This document shows positions 36,919-45,989 of a stretch of 64,000 bases of DNA, piece after piece. This DNA is from an uncultured Porticoccaceae bacterium (lineage in GTDB: Bacteria; Pseudomonadota; Gammaproteobacteria; Pseudomonadales; Porticoccaceae). The translations under genes were made by a program, and so were the position numbers. A model generated the notes under the pieces. The model had not been told where the DNA came from and searched no databases. It saw only the letters and a program-made list of their open reading frames with translations. Position 1 is the first letter of the stretch, and each line of letters begins with the position of its first letter. The stretch spans positions 30,970-94,969 of the forward strand of contig CBFHMK010000008.1 in NCBI GenBank assembly GCA_965656965.1, written 5' to 3'.

Positions 36919-37596
36919 ATGCACGTTCTTATTGTTGATGATCATGCTTTCGTCTGTGTTGGTCTCAAGGCGACATTAAGCGAAGAGTTTGAAAATATTC
37001 AGGTTACCACCACCGACCATGGTGACGATGCACTGACCATTTTGGCAAAAAATGAAATAGATCTAGCCATCGTGGATTTATTTATGCCTGGAGGGGCCGG
37101 TGGCTTTAACTTTATTGAAATGCTTTGCGAAAGCTATCCTAAACTCCCATTAATTGTATTATCGGCGTCAGAAAATCCTGCACATATACGTAAGTGTCTC
37201 GATTTTGGTGTGGCGGGGTTCGTAACCAAATCAGCACCAAAAGATGCCTTGTTTGAGGCCATATCTAAGGCATTGTCAGGTGAGCGATATGTCCCTGAAT
37301 CATTAATAGAATCCATGCCAGAAGTAGCGCGAGTAATCGATGAGGTCGATTCCGGTGCGGACGTTGATATTATTTCAGGTCTGGTCACTGATCGGCAGAT
37401 GGATATATTGCGCAGGATTACTCAGGGGCGCTCCAATAAGCAAATTGCCCGTGAGCTGGATCTCTCTGAAAACACAGTTAAGGTCCATGTTAGTGCAATG
37501 TTAAGAGCATTGGGGCTTAGCAATAGAACTCAAGCGGGAATTCTCGGGCAGAAACTGGGCCTATCAGAACCCTCAGATACTCATAAATACCCCTGA
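36919..37596 (+). CDS. NarL/LuxR-family response regulator
   Basis: LIVDDH, AIVDLFMP phospho-Asp, LSAS, VTKS, LuxR HTH GRSNKQIARELDLSENTVKVHVS. Confidence 0.95.
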   Translation: MHVLIVDDHAFVCVGLKATLSEEFENIQVTTTDHGDDALTILAKNEIDLAIVDLFMPGGAGGFNFIEMLCESYPKLPLIVLSASENPAHIRKCLDFGVAGFVTKSAPKDALFEAISKALSGERYVPESLIESMPEVARVIDEVDSGADVDIISGLVTDRQMDILRRITQGRSNKQIARELDLSENTVKVHVSAMLRALGLSNRTQAGILGQKLGLSEPSDTHKYP

Positions 37597-37627
37597 GCTA
37601 GAATCTCAGAAAATAAAGAGACCTTAA

Positions 37628-39676
37628 ATGATTAAAAATAGAAATAATATCTGCATTTTTCTGATGCTAATTCCTGCACTATCGGCATCCAGCCTCGCAG
37701 ATATTGTGGTCACAGAGGATGATCTGCTTGCAGATATTCATCTGGTCTCTAGTGTGACCCATATGAATCAGCCTCAAAGCCAGACTCCTGCGGCAGTGAC
37801 CATTATTGATCGAAGAACTATCGATGCCTCTGCAGCTGTTGATGTGTTGGATTTATTTCGTCTAGTGCCAGGATTTCGGACTTACTTCGTTAATGCTAAC
37901 GCACCTAGCTTGAGCTACCATTCTGTGGGTGAAAGTTACCCTCGTCGATTAGAGGTAAAAATCGATGGTCGCTCTGTTTATGAGTCTATTTTTTCATCCG
38001 TAGAGTGGAACACCCTGGGGGTGGAGCTCGAGGATATTGATTATATCGAAATAGTGAGGGGAGGTAATGCCCCCGCGGACGGGAGCAACGCATTTCTAGC
38101 TTCAATTAATATAGTGACTCGGTCACCATTGCTGGACAGTGGCTGGAATCTGCGCGCCCAATTTGGCAGCGATAATATTCGCAATAGGTCGATAACATAT
38201 TCAGGCAAGCTGGGGGAGATCGACCATCGCACTACGTTGCGGCATAGGTCCAATGATGGGTTCAGAGACTTTTCTGGTGAGTATAGAGGTCAGCAGAGAG
38301 ATATTAGTCTTGACGATGGCACAGAGACCATAACCCTGGGTTTTAAGGGACTCTGGACACCCAGAGCATCGGACAGTGTTGAACTGCAGTTTGGTTTCAA
38401 TGACAGTGAGGTGGGTATCGGGGAGAGGGAATATCAGCTGCAAGAGACCGATTACCAATACCAGCACCTTGCCTGGTCCCATAGTGGCAATGGCAGCAAC
38501 CAATATGAGTTGATTGTTTATCATAATAAATTTGATATTAACCAGGCTCAGGACCCGCTAACATTCTATCAAGCATTAACTTTTTTTCCTGAGGGGCCAA
38601 CCAAACTGGCACTATCGCAGCTGCCAGATAAGTTAATTATTGAACCTGAAAGTATTATAGTCTCCGAGCGATGGGACGCGGAATTTAGAGCAAATTTTGA
38701 GGCCACAGACTCTATCCGTGGTGTCTATGGTGTAGCTGCTAGGAAAGACCGGGTTTCGAGCAACACACTTTTTGATATGAGTGGCTCTGCCAGTCAAGAG
38801 TCCTATCGGAGTTACTTAAACCTGGAATGGAGAGCTCTGAATAATATTAGCTTTAATGCTGGATTTATTTCTGAATACCGAAATAAAAGTAGAAACGTCA
38901 ATTCCTACCGAATCGCCAACAACTACCAGGTCTCGGAGGATCACAGTATAAGACTGGCCTATAATCGAGGTTACCGAGCTCCCACGATGTTGGAAAGCCA
39001 GCAGAACACTACTGTTCGTTACAATGAGAACTTAATTCTTGATGCGTCAATACAGTCTGATGCGAATGTTGAACCTGAGTTATTGTCTAGCTCTGAGCTA
39101 GGCTACTCTGGGTTTTTCCTAAACCAAACTCTAAATGTTGATGTGCGTCTATACAGAGAGCGGATGTCTGATCTAATCGGTGAGCGTCGAGAAAGTTATC
39201 CAGACTTCGACGGTCAGCTAAATATTCGCGACAATATAGGTAGCGCTGAAGTAACGGGGATCGAGTGGCAGGTTCAGTACAGGCCCGACAATCACTGGCT
39301 GGTGCACGCTAATTACAGTTATACGGATTTGCAGCAGGACTACCTTTACCGATCTAGTCCAGAGATCGAAATTCGCGATTTTAGTAGGCTTAATCCCCAT
39401 CACCTGGGCGGGCTGTTGATCAGCTATCTAACAGAAGACAACCTTAGCTTTAGCACTATGGTTAATCACCAAAGCAGGATTCACCATTTTTCAGGTGTTG
39501 ATGATGAGGGATATACCCGTGTTGATTTTAAGCTGGCCAAAAAGTGGCGGGCGAAGCAGCGAGATGCAGAATTATCTTTGACCGTACAAAACATTGGCTC
39601 TGACTACAGAGAGTTCTATTTTTTCAACCAGTTTAAAACCAGATATGTTCTGGGTTTGCAAATTGGGTTTCCTTAG
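37628..39676 (+). CDS. TonB-dependent receptor
   Basis: Signal peptide, plug motifs PAAVTII, DLFRLVPG, KIDGRSVY, IEIVRGG..GSNAF..INIVT; C-terminal LGLQIGFP. Confidence 0.92.
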   Translation: MIKNRNNICIFLMLIPALSASSLADIVVTEDDLLADIHLVSSVTHMNQPQSQTPAAVTIIDRRTIDASAAVDVLDLFRLVPGFRTYFVNANAPSLSYHSVGESYPRRLEVKIDGRSVYESIFSSVEWNTLGVELEDIDYIEIVRGGNAPADGSNAFLASINIVTRSPLLDSGWNLRAQFGSDNIRNRSITYSGKLGEIDHRTTLRHRSNDGFRDFSGEYRGQQRDISLDDGTETITLGFKGLWTPRASDSVELQFGFNDSEVGIGEREYQLQETDYQYQHLAWSHSGNGSNQYELIVYHNKFDINQAQDPLTFYQALTFFPEGPTKLALSQLPDKLIIEPESIIVSERWDAEFRANFEATDSIRGVYGVAARKDRVSSNTLFDMSGSASQESYRSYLNLEWRALNNISFNAGFISEYRNKSRNVNSYRIANNYQVSEDHSIRLAYNRGYRAPTMLESQQNTTVRYNENLILDASIQSDANVEPELLSSSELGYSGFFLNQTLNVDVRLYRERMSDLIGERRESYPDFDGQLNIRDNIGSAEVTGIEWQVQYRPDNHWLVHANYSYTDLQQDYLYRSSPEIEIRDFSRLNPHHLGGLLISYLTEDNLSFSTMVNHQSRIHHFSGVDDEGYTRVDFKLAKKWRAKQRDAELSLTVQNIGSDYREFYFFNQFKTRYVLGLQIGFP

Positions 39677-39723
39677 AAACTGAGATGCGAGTCCCCCGTT
39701 AATAGCAAAATATTTAACTTATT

Positions 39724-40710
39724 ATGACTATATCGGCCATGCAATCAGAATCCTATAGCTCGATTAAATATTGGGCCCTGTTCCTTTGCGTGACTTTTTT
39801 GTTCTATCTGGCACCAGCGATTGCTCTAGAGACTCAAGCCTCCCAGAGTATACTCTTTATTATGAGCAAGGACGCTCCTGCATATTCGCAGGTGGTAGAT
39901 TTTGTTGAGTCAAATTTAAGTGCTACTAGGCGGTCCTATTCTTTTCGTAGGCTGCTAAAAAACGACAGCTCCGAGCTTGCCGAGCGTCTGAAAGATGCCG
40001 ATATTATTGTGACTGTGGGTGCGGGAGCTACCGAAACTGCGATGAAGGAAAAGCCCGTACAGCCGCTTATAGCGGCGTTGATTACCGATAGTGCATTTTC
40101 GGCATTGGCTAATAATTACTATGGTTCTACACCTCAAGCGCTAGCTGCTAGAGTTTCTGTTATCTGTTTGGACCAGCCGGTCCAGCGCAGTATTAAACTG
40201 GCCAAGCTTCTTGTTCCTTCAGCCTCGAGTACCGGTTTGATGCTAGGTCCAGCATCACAGGGTAGGGGGGAAGAGTTTTCTCAGTATGCCTCTGAGGTTG
40301 GTCTAACAGCCAATCTAGTAAATATTGAGTCCAGTGATAACCCTATTTTGGCTATTGAGCCGGTGCTAGCGAAAAGCGATGTGTTTATCCCAGTACCAGA
40401 CAGCAGGCTTATTAATATTGCTTCTGCGAAGTGGATATTGCAGTTGAGTTATAGATATCGAATTCCAGTTATTGCCTATTCAAAGACTTATCTCAATGCA
40501 GGTGCCCTGGCAGCAATTTATTCATCACCAGAAAACGTAGGCCGACAGACCTCAGAGTTAATACTAAATCAGTCGACGGACATCACTAGCAAAGGTGGGG
40601 CTCATATGCCCGCTTATTTCTCAGTTCAGTTTAATACAACCGTTGCCGGGCATTTAAGAATCCCGTTAGAGGAAACGCAGTTTTATATAGATCGGCTGCT
40701 GGATAATTAA
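39724..40710 (+). CDS. Periplasmic ABC-type substrate-binding protein (no permease or ATPase nearby)
   Basis: Signal peptide, IIVTVGAGA, DQPVQR, IPVIAYSKTYLNAGALAAIYSSPE (ABC_sub_bind-like). Confidence 0.8.
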   Translation: MTISAMQSESYSSIKYWALFLCVTFLFYLAPAIALETQASQSILFIMSKDAPAYSQVVDFVESNLSATRRSYSFRRLLKNDSSELAERLKDADIIVTVGAGATETAMKEKPVQPLIAALITDSAFSALANNYYGSTPQALAARVSVICLDQPVQRSIKLAKLLVPSASSTGLMLGPASQGRGEEFSQYASEVGLTANLVNIESSDNPILAIEPVLAKSDVFIPVPDSRLINIASAKWILQLSYRYRIPVIAYSKTYLNAGALAAIYSSPENVGRQTSELILNQSTDITSKGGAHMPAYFSVQFNTTVAGHLRIPLEETQFYIDRLLDN

Positions 40711-40711
40711 G

Positions 40712-42961
40712 ATGCTAAAAAACCGCGACTACAACAGTATTCATACGAGACTTCTTATTACAGGCTTAATCCCCCTAGCCCTGCTAAGTCTAGTCTTGGG
40801 CTGGTATATGATCTCTACGCAGAGCTCTGAACTATTATCCAATATGCATGATACGGGCAGAGTCGCGACTAACCAGATGGCCTCCAACGCAGAGTTTGCT
40901 CTGTACTCCGGTAATGAGGAAATGCTGGAAACATTGGGGTACTCAATTCTGGATATTCCCTCGGTGTCGGGGATCCTTTTTTATAATACTGTTGATGATC
41001 GCACCGTAAGGATTGGCGATATCGACTTTGCGACTCAGCGAATGCCAGACAACTTTGATCTGGGCCCTCCATTTTTTAGAGACAACCAGTGGTATTTTTA
41101 TTCAAAGATCACGCTAAACCGAGGTCTCACCGAAGACTATGATGAATTTGGTCAGGCTGAGTCAGAAGTCATAGGTTGGGTTCTGGTGTCCCTGACTAAT
41201 GAAATCCTGATACAAAAACAGCGGCAGGCTATATTTGGTGCCCTGATCGTAATCAGTCTTGGTTTGTTGGTTGCTGCCTGGATATCCATGCGTATAGGCC
41301 GAAGTATTTCCAAGCCATTAGAAAATTTAACTCAGGTTGTTGAGGTGATGGAGACCGGGGAGTTAGATTCTCTGGCTAGTGAAGAGGGGCCGCTGGAATT
41401 ACGCAAGCTAGCTTACGACATTAACCAATTAGCCACTAGCGTTCGTCAATCTAACGTCCGTATGCAAAGTGAAATCGCTCGCGCTACCGCGCAGTTACAG
41501 ATTACCCTAATCGAACTTGAAGAGGCTATGGAGGCACAGGATCAGTTTTTGGCTCGAATGAGCCATGAGCTTCGTACCCCGCTAACGGCGGTTATTGGGT
41601 TCTCAAGATTGTTGTTCACCGAGCTAGATAGCGGCAAGAGAAATGAGCATTTGCGAGTCATTGAACGCTCATCAACCATGCTACTGACCATGATTGACGA
41701 TATTCTCGAGTTCTCAAAAGCTCATGATGGGGGTTTTACTCTAGAGCAAATCAACTTCGATATACGTCAGTGGATGAGTGACCTGATGGAAATTCACCGC
41801 CAGCGCGCCGAGGAGAAAGATTTACAGTTTACCTACGAAATTTCCTCAGATGTTCCAGAAAAACTCTGTGGTGATCCGGTGCGGTTATCTCAGGTGGTTG
41901 CTAACTTAATCAACAACGCAATCAAGTTTACCGAGAAGGGTTTTGTTCACCTGCAGATAGAAAGTCTGTCCAATAAAGATGGCATTATTAATCTGCAGTG
42001 CTCCGTCTCTGATTCCGGCAAGGGTATTGCCCAAGACAAAATTGCCGGTTTATTTGAACCCTTTTCACAGGAAGACACCTCGATCAATCGGCGCTATGGC
42101 GGCACTGGGTTGGGCCTCTCGATCTGTAAGCGACTGGCGGAGACAATGGGCGGAGACGTGACTATTGAGAGTAGGGAGAGCCATGGCTCTACCATCAGTT
42201 TTACCTGCTGCCTATCTGAGGTTGACCCAGCGTATTCAATGGCAATGGCTGATCAGATCGCTGTTGAGCCGGAACCACTGCTATCGGGATTAATCATATT
42301 AATTGCCGAAGACAACCCTTTTAATCAGAAGCTGATTTTGAAGCTATTAGAGGCCTATGGAGCCACCTGTATGCTCGCCAATAATGGTCAGGAGGCTATA
42401 GAATTGGCAGGCGAATTACATGTTGACGCGGTGCTTATGGATATTCATATGCCAGTGGTTGATGGCGTGACCGCCTGTGAGACTATTATGCAGCAGTCAG
42501 GTGAGAGCCCGCCAATTATCGGGCTCACGGCAGATATTACCCAGGCTGAGCATCAGAGAATGATGTCAGCTGGGGCTATCAGTATTCAATCCAAGCCGCT
42601 TGAGGAAGTAAATCTAGTGAATGCTATTCTCAGTGCTCTAAGTGACCAGCGAGAACTCTCCGAGCAGTCCTCCGAAGGTCTGTTATCTTCAGTTATTCCT
42701 GCACAGGAGCTCAAGGCGGCACTAATTGATAATCTACATTTGCTGGAGCAACAGCTAACTGCTAATGAGAAAGCTAGCCTCCGACAAATCATTCATGATC
42801 TCATGGGCCTTTGCGGGCTATATGGCATGTTTGAGTTGCGTGAGCTAGTGCTGACGTTTAGAGCCACTTACAGCTCTTTGACTGTGGCTGAAAACCTCAA
42901 AAAGGTGCAGATTATCCGTCAACATATTGAAGATTCTTTTAGGGGAAAATCCTCCAACTAA
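40712..42961 (+). CDS. Hybrid sensor histidine kinase, BarA/GacS-like (periplasmic sensor, HAMP, HisKA, HATPase, REC, Hpt)
   Basis: H-box ARMSHELRTPL, N-box NLINNAIKFT, DSGKGI, GGTGLGL, REC LIAEDN...LMDIHMP...KP, C-terminal HDLMG Hpt-like His. N-terminal TM and sensor layout resembles GacS/BarA. Confidence 0.9.
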   Translation: MLKNRDYNSIHTRLLITGLIPLALLSLVLGWYMISTQSSELLSNMHDTGRVATNQMASNAEFALYSGNEEMLETLGYSILDIPSVSGILFYNTVDDRTVRIGDIDFATQRMPDNFDLGPPFFRDNQWYFYSKITLNRGLTEDYDEFGQAESEVIGWVLVSLTNEILIQKQRQAIFGALIVISLGLLVAAWISMRIGRSISKPLENLTQVVEVMETGELDSLASEEGPLELRKLAYDINQLATSVRQSNVRMQSEIARATAQLQITLIELEEAMEAQDQFLARMSHELRTPLTAVIGFSRLLFTELDSGKRNEHLRVIERSSTMLLTMIDDILEFSKAHDGGFTLEQINFDIRQWMSDLMEIHRQRAEEKDLQFTYEISSDVPEKLCGDPVRLSQVVANLINNAIKFTEKGFVHLQIESLSNKDGIINLQCSVSDSGKGIAQDKIAGLFEPFSQEDTSINRRYGGTGLGLSICKRLAETMGGDVTIESRESHGSTISFTCCLSEVDPAYSMAMADQIAVEPEPLLSGLIILIAEDNPFNQKLILKLLEAYGATCMLANNGQEAIELAGELHVDAVLMDIHMPVVDGVTACETIMQQSGESPPIIGLTADITQAEHQRMMSAGAISIQSKPLEEVNLVNAILSALSDQRELSEQSSEGLLSSVIPAQELKAALIDNLHLLEQQLTANEKASLRQIIHDLMGLCGLYGMFELRELVLTFRATYSSLTVAENLKKVQIIRQHIEDSFRGKSSN

Positions 42962-43035
42962 TACTTTTGTATTAACTCGTCAGTGTAATTTATTTATCCC
43001 GAAAAATTCCGTATCTTACAACCTAGCATTGACTC

Positions 43036-43343
43036 CTTGGCATGAAGCTTTGACAGGGACTTTACTGGTAAAAATACACAGACCTACACTGCTGTAAGAA
43101 AGACAACACTGATAAATAGGAAGTTTAAGAGCTAAGTTGACAGGGAGTTGACTTCAAAGGATAGACGCTCAATCAGTTGTTATATTTCGTTTGCTACCAG
43201 TTGTGCGGTATAGACGACTTGGATGTCGTGCGCCATGGAAGGCGCGGGTCAATCTTTAGATTGCTAACACGTTTCGCGTTGTTTTGGGTTCCCCACTTTA
43301 TAACCTTATAGATATCCTAAGCCCAAGGGCTTAGGTTTTTTTT
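43036..43343 (+). ncRNA. Candidate CsrB/RsmY/RsmZ-type CsrA-titrating small RNA (5' end uncertain, 43036-43110)
   Basis: Four hairpins with GGA in the loop (43113-43127, 43134-43154, 43214-43229, 43230-43245), two more GGA motifs (43057, 43159), no ORF in the six-frame track, and a strong intrinsic terminator at the end. Confidence 0.7.
43316..43343 (+). terminator. Rho-independent terminator
   Basis: CCTAAGCC-CAAG-GGCTTAGG-TTTTTTTT: perfect 8-bp stem followed by 8 T. Confidence 0.93.
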
Positions 43344-43472
43344 GCCTGACTATTTCATATTATGACTAGCCTACTTGCTACTGCCCAGAGACCTGTTGAT
43401 AAGAATTACTTTTACTCTCAGGGCTTTAGGCCATAGACTGGAGCCATTCAAGCCTCAAGTCTAAAAGACCCT

Positions 43473-45959
43473 ATGTCAAAAAAAACCAAACAGATAGATC
43501 CTTTCGCCAGTAGAGAAGCCGCTAACTATCAGCGGCCTATCCCAAGTCGTGAGTTTGTGCTCGACTATCTCAGCGAAAGTGTTGGCCCTGTAACCCACGA
43601 AGAGATCTGCGCAGCCCTTCAGTTAACTGATGAAGTTCAGGTCGAAGCAATGCGTCGTCGTCTCAGGGCGATGGAGCGAGATGGCCAGGTGGCCCGCAAT
43701 CGTCGCGGTGGTTATGGCACCTTGGATAAACTAAATTTGGTAAAGGGAAGAGTGATAGGCCATCCCGAAGGCTATGGGTTTGTCTCGCCAGTACAGGGTG
43801 ATGGGCAGGATATTTATCTCTCTAGTGCGCAGATGAGGCGTGTTTTTGATGGCGATATTGTGCTTGTCAGAATTGCCGGATGGGATCGCCGTGGGCGACC
43901 TGAGGGTAGTTTGGTGGATGTGGTTGAGCGCAAAACCACACAGCTAGTCGGGCGCTTTTTCTGTGAAAGCGGCATCAATTTTGTACGCCCTGATAATCCG
44001 CGTATTAGCCAAGATATCCTGATACCTGCAGATAAGCGCTTAAATGCTACCTCGGGGCAGATAGTGGTAGTGGAAATATCCGAGCCACCATCCCGTAATA
44101 GTCTGCCCGTCGGTTATATTTCTGAGGTGCTGGGCGAGCATCTGGATCCCGGCCTAGAAATTGATATGTCTATCCGCAACTACGGCATTCCCCATCAATG
44201 GAATGATCAGGTGTTGGAGGAAACAGCTGCAATCCCGGATCAGGTTGAGGACAGCGGTCTGCGAGTGGACTTACGCAATACACCGCTGATTACCATTGAT
44301 GGCGAAGATGCTCGAGACTTTGATGATGCGGTTTACTGCCAGCCCAAACCCCGAGGAGGCTGGTCTCTAATTGTTGCTATCGCGGATGTATCTCATTATG
44401 TCAGCGCGGGCTCAGCGCTGGATACCGAGGCCTTCCATCGGGGCAACTCCGTATATTTCCCCAATCACGTAGTACCCATGCTGCCAGAAAAGCTTTCCAA
44501 TGGCCTGTGCTCGTTAAATCCCGCTGAAGATCGCCTCTGTATGGTTTGTGAGATGCAGATCAGTGCCGAGGGTGATGTAAGCCGCTACCAATTTTATGAA
44601 GGCATAATGCACTCTCACGCCAGAACCACCTACACTCAGGTGGCGCAAATTATTGCAGATAGGGTTCAGGAGAATCGCTCTGGTGTGCGCAAACAGTTCT
44701 CCTCCATTTTGCCCCAGGTTGATGCGCTGCATGATTTATACAAAGTACTGCACAGGCGCAGAACCAAACGGGGAGCCATTGACTTTGATAGCCAAGAAAC
44801 CCGAATTCTCTTCGATAGTCAGCGCAAAATTAGTCAGATTATTCCCGTTGATCGTACCGAGGCCCATCGTCTAATTGAAGAGTGTATGCTCTGCGCTAAT
44901 GTCTGTGCTGCTGAGTTTTTAGAAAAAGTTAAAATCCCCGCTTTGTTTCGTGTCCATGAAGGCCCCAGCGAAGAGAGGCTGTCCTCTGTTCGTGACTTTC
45001 TGGGTGAGCTTGGTATTGGCCTGGGGGGTGGAGATGACCCTCAACCCGAAGACTATCAGCGTGTCCTGCGGGCTGTAAAAGGCCGTGATGATGCTGCGAT
45101 TATTCAGTCAGTCATGCTGCGTTCGATGAGCCAGGCTATGTATCAGCCGGAGAATATGGGACATTTCGGACTAGCATTTGATGCCTATAGCCACTTTACA
45201 TCACCGATACGTCGCTATGCAGATCTGCTTGTTCACAGAGCCATTCGAAGTGTTATAAGGAGTAAGAAAAAGACCTCTGCAGTGCAGCGGGTGCCTGGGG
45301 CGACGCTGCTCGAACTACAAACTATTTATCCCTATGACCTGGGTCGCCTAGACGAGACTGGCGAGCATCTCTCGGTCACCGAGCGTCGTGCCGACGAGGC
45401 GACTAGGGACGTGGTCAACTGGCTCAAGTGCGAATATCTCATGGATAGAGTGGGCGAACAGTATTCTGGCGTCGTCAGTGCTGTGACTGGTTTTGGTTTG
45501 TTTGTCATGCTTGATGATCTCTATGTCGAGGGGTTAATACATGTTACTGGGCTACCCAAAGATTACTATTATCATGAAGCCTCCCACCACCGTATGGTGG
45601 GCGAACGTACCGGGCGAGTGTTTCGACTGGGTCAGAAGCTGCGGGTCAAAGTAGTTCGTGTTAATTTAGAAGAGCGTAAAATAGACTTTGAACTGCTGGA
45701 TGGCACCAACTCAGAAACTCCCGGCAAAGCATCTAAAGGGCGCGGCAAGAGTGGTGGTGGCGAGAGGCCTCGAGTGTCTTCGAGAGCAGCCGAAATGGCA
45801 TCAGAGCATGAGAAAAAACGCAGTACTCGTGGCAAGGGAGCCAATAAGAAAGCTGCTGCCGGCAAGAAAAAGCCGATTTCTAAAAGGCGCAAAAACAAAC
45901 CCGCGTCAGGGGCTGCTGGAAAATCCTCTGTGGGTAAAAGAAAAAAGACTCGCAGTTAA
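43473..45959 (+). CDS. rnr: Ribonuclease R
   Basis: GHPEGYGF cold-shock domain, ITIDGEDARDFDDAV, HFTSPIRRYADL, S1 domain, basic C-terminal tail. Confidence 0.98.
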   Translation: MSKKTKQIDPFASREAANYQRPIPSREFVLDYLSESVGPVTHEEICAALQLTDEVQVEAMRRRLRAMERDGQVARNRRGGYGTLDKLNLVKGRVIGHPEGYGFVSPVQGDGQDIYLSSAQMRRVFDGDIVLVRIAGWDRRGRPEGSLVDVVERKTTQLVGRFFCESGINFVRPDNPRISQDILIPADKRLNATSGQIVVVEISEPPSRNSLPVGYISEVLGEHLDPGLEIDMSIRNYGIPHQWNDQVLEETAAIPDQVEDSGLRVDLRNTPLITIDGEDARDFDDAVYCQPKPRGGWSLIVAIADVSHYVSAGSALDTEAFHRGNSVYFPNHVVPMLPEKLSNGLCSLNPAEDRLCMVCEMQISAEGDVSRYQFYEGIMHSHARTTYTQVAQIIADRVQENRSGVRKQFSSILPQVDALHDLYKVLHRRRTKRGAIDFDSQETRILFDSQRKISQIIPVDRTEAHRLIEECMLCANVCAAEFLEKVKIPALFRVHEGPSEERLSSVRDFLGELGIGLGGGDDPQPEDYQRVLRAVKGRDDAAIIQSVMLRSMSQAMYQPENMGHFGLAFDAYSHFTSPIRRYADLLVHRAIRSVIRSKKKTSAVQRVPGATLLELQTIYPYDLGRLDETGEHLSVTERRADEATRDVVNWLKCEYLMDRVGEQYSGVVSAVTGFGLFVMLDDLYVEGLIHVTGLPKDYYYHEASHHRMVGERTGRVFRLGQKLRVKVVRVNLEERKIDFELLDGTNSETPGKASKGRGKSGGGERPRVSSRAAEMASEHEKKRSTRGKGANKKAAAGKKKPISKRRKNKPASGAAGKSSVGKRKKTRS

Positions 45960-45989
45960 GATAGCCTGTTTTACACTGATCTGGATCGC

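Larger units (their letters stand above)
4443..43343. other. Accessory exopolysaccharide / exosortase (VPLPA-CTERM) gene block with attached signalling cassette
   Basis: Continuous run of EPS, sugar-nucleotide, sorting and signalling genes between the rplS terminator and rnr. No integrase, transposase or tRNA seen at the ends. Confidence 0.85.

Noticed and set aside
4443-43343. Mobile genomic island or prophage
   Set aside because: No integrase, transposase, phage gene, tRNA target or terminal direct repeat was seen; treated as a variable chromosomal locus.
42962-43472. tRNA-Leu or an integration site upstream of rnr (as in pseudomonads), or a small ORF
   Set aside because: No tRNA cloverleaf, T-loop or CCA end seen on either strand; no ORF in the six-frame track; the GGA-hairpin sRNA explains the region better.
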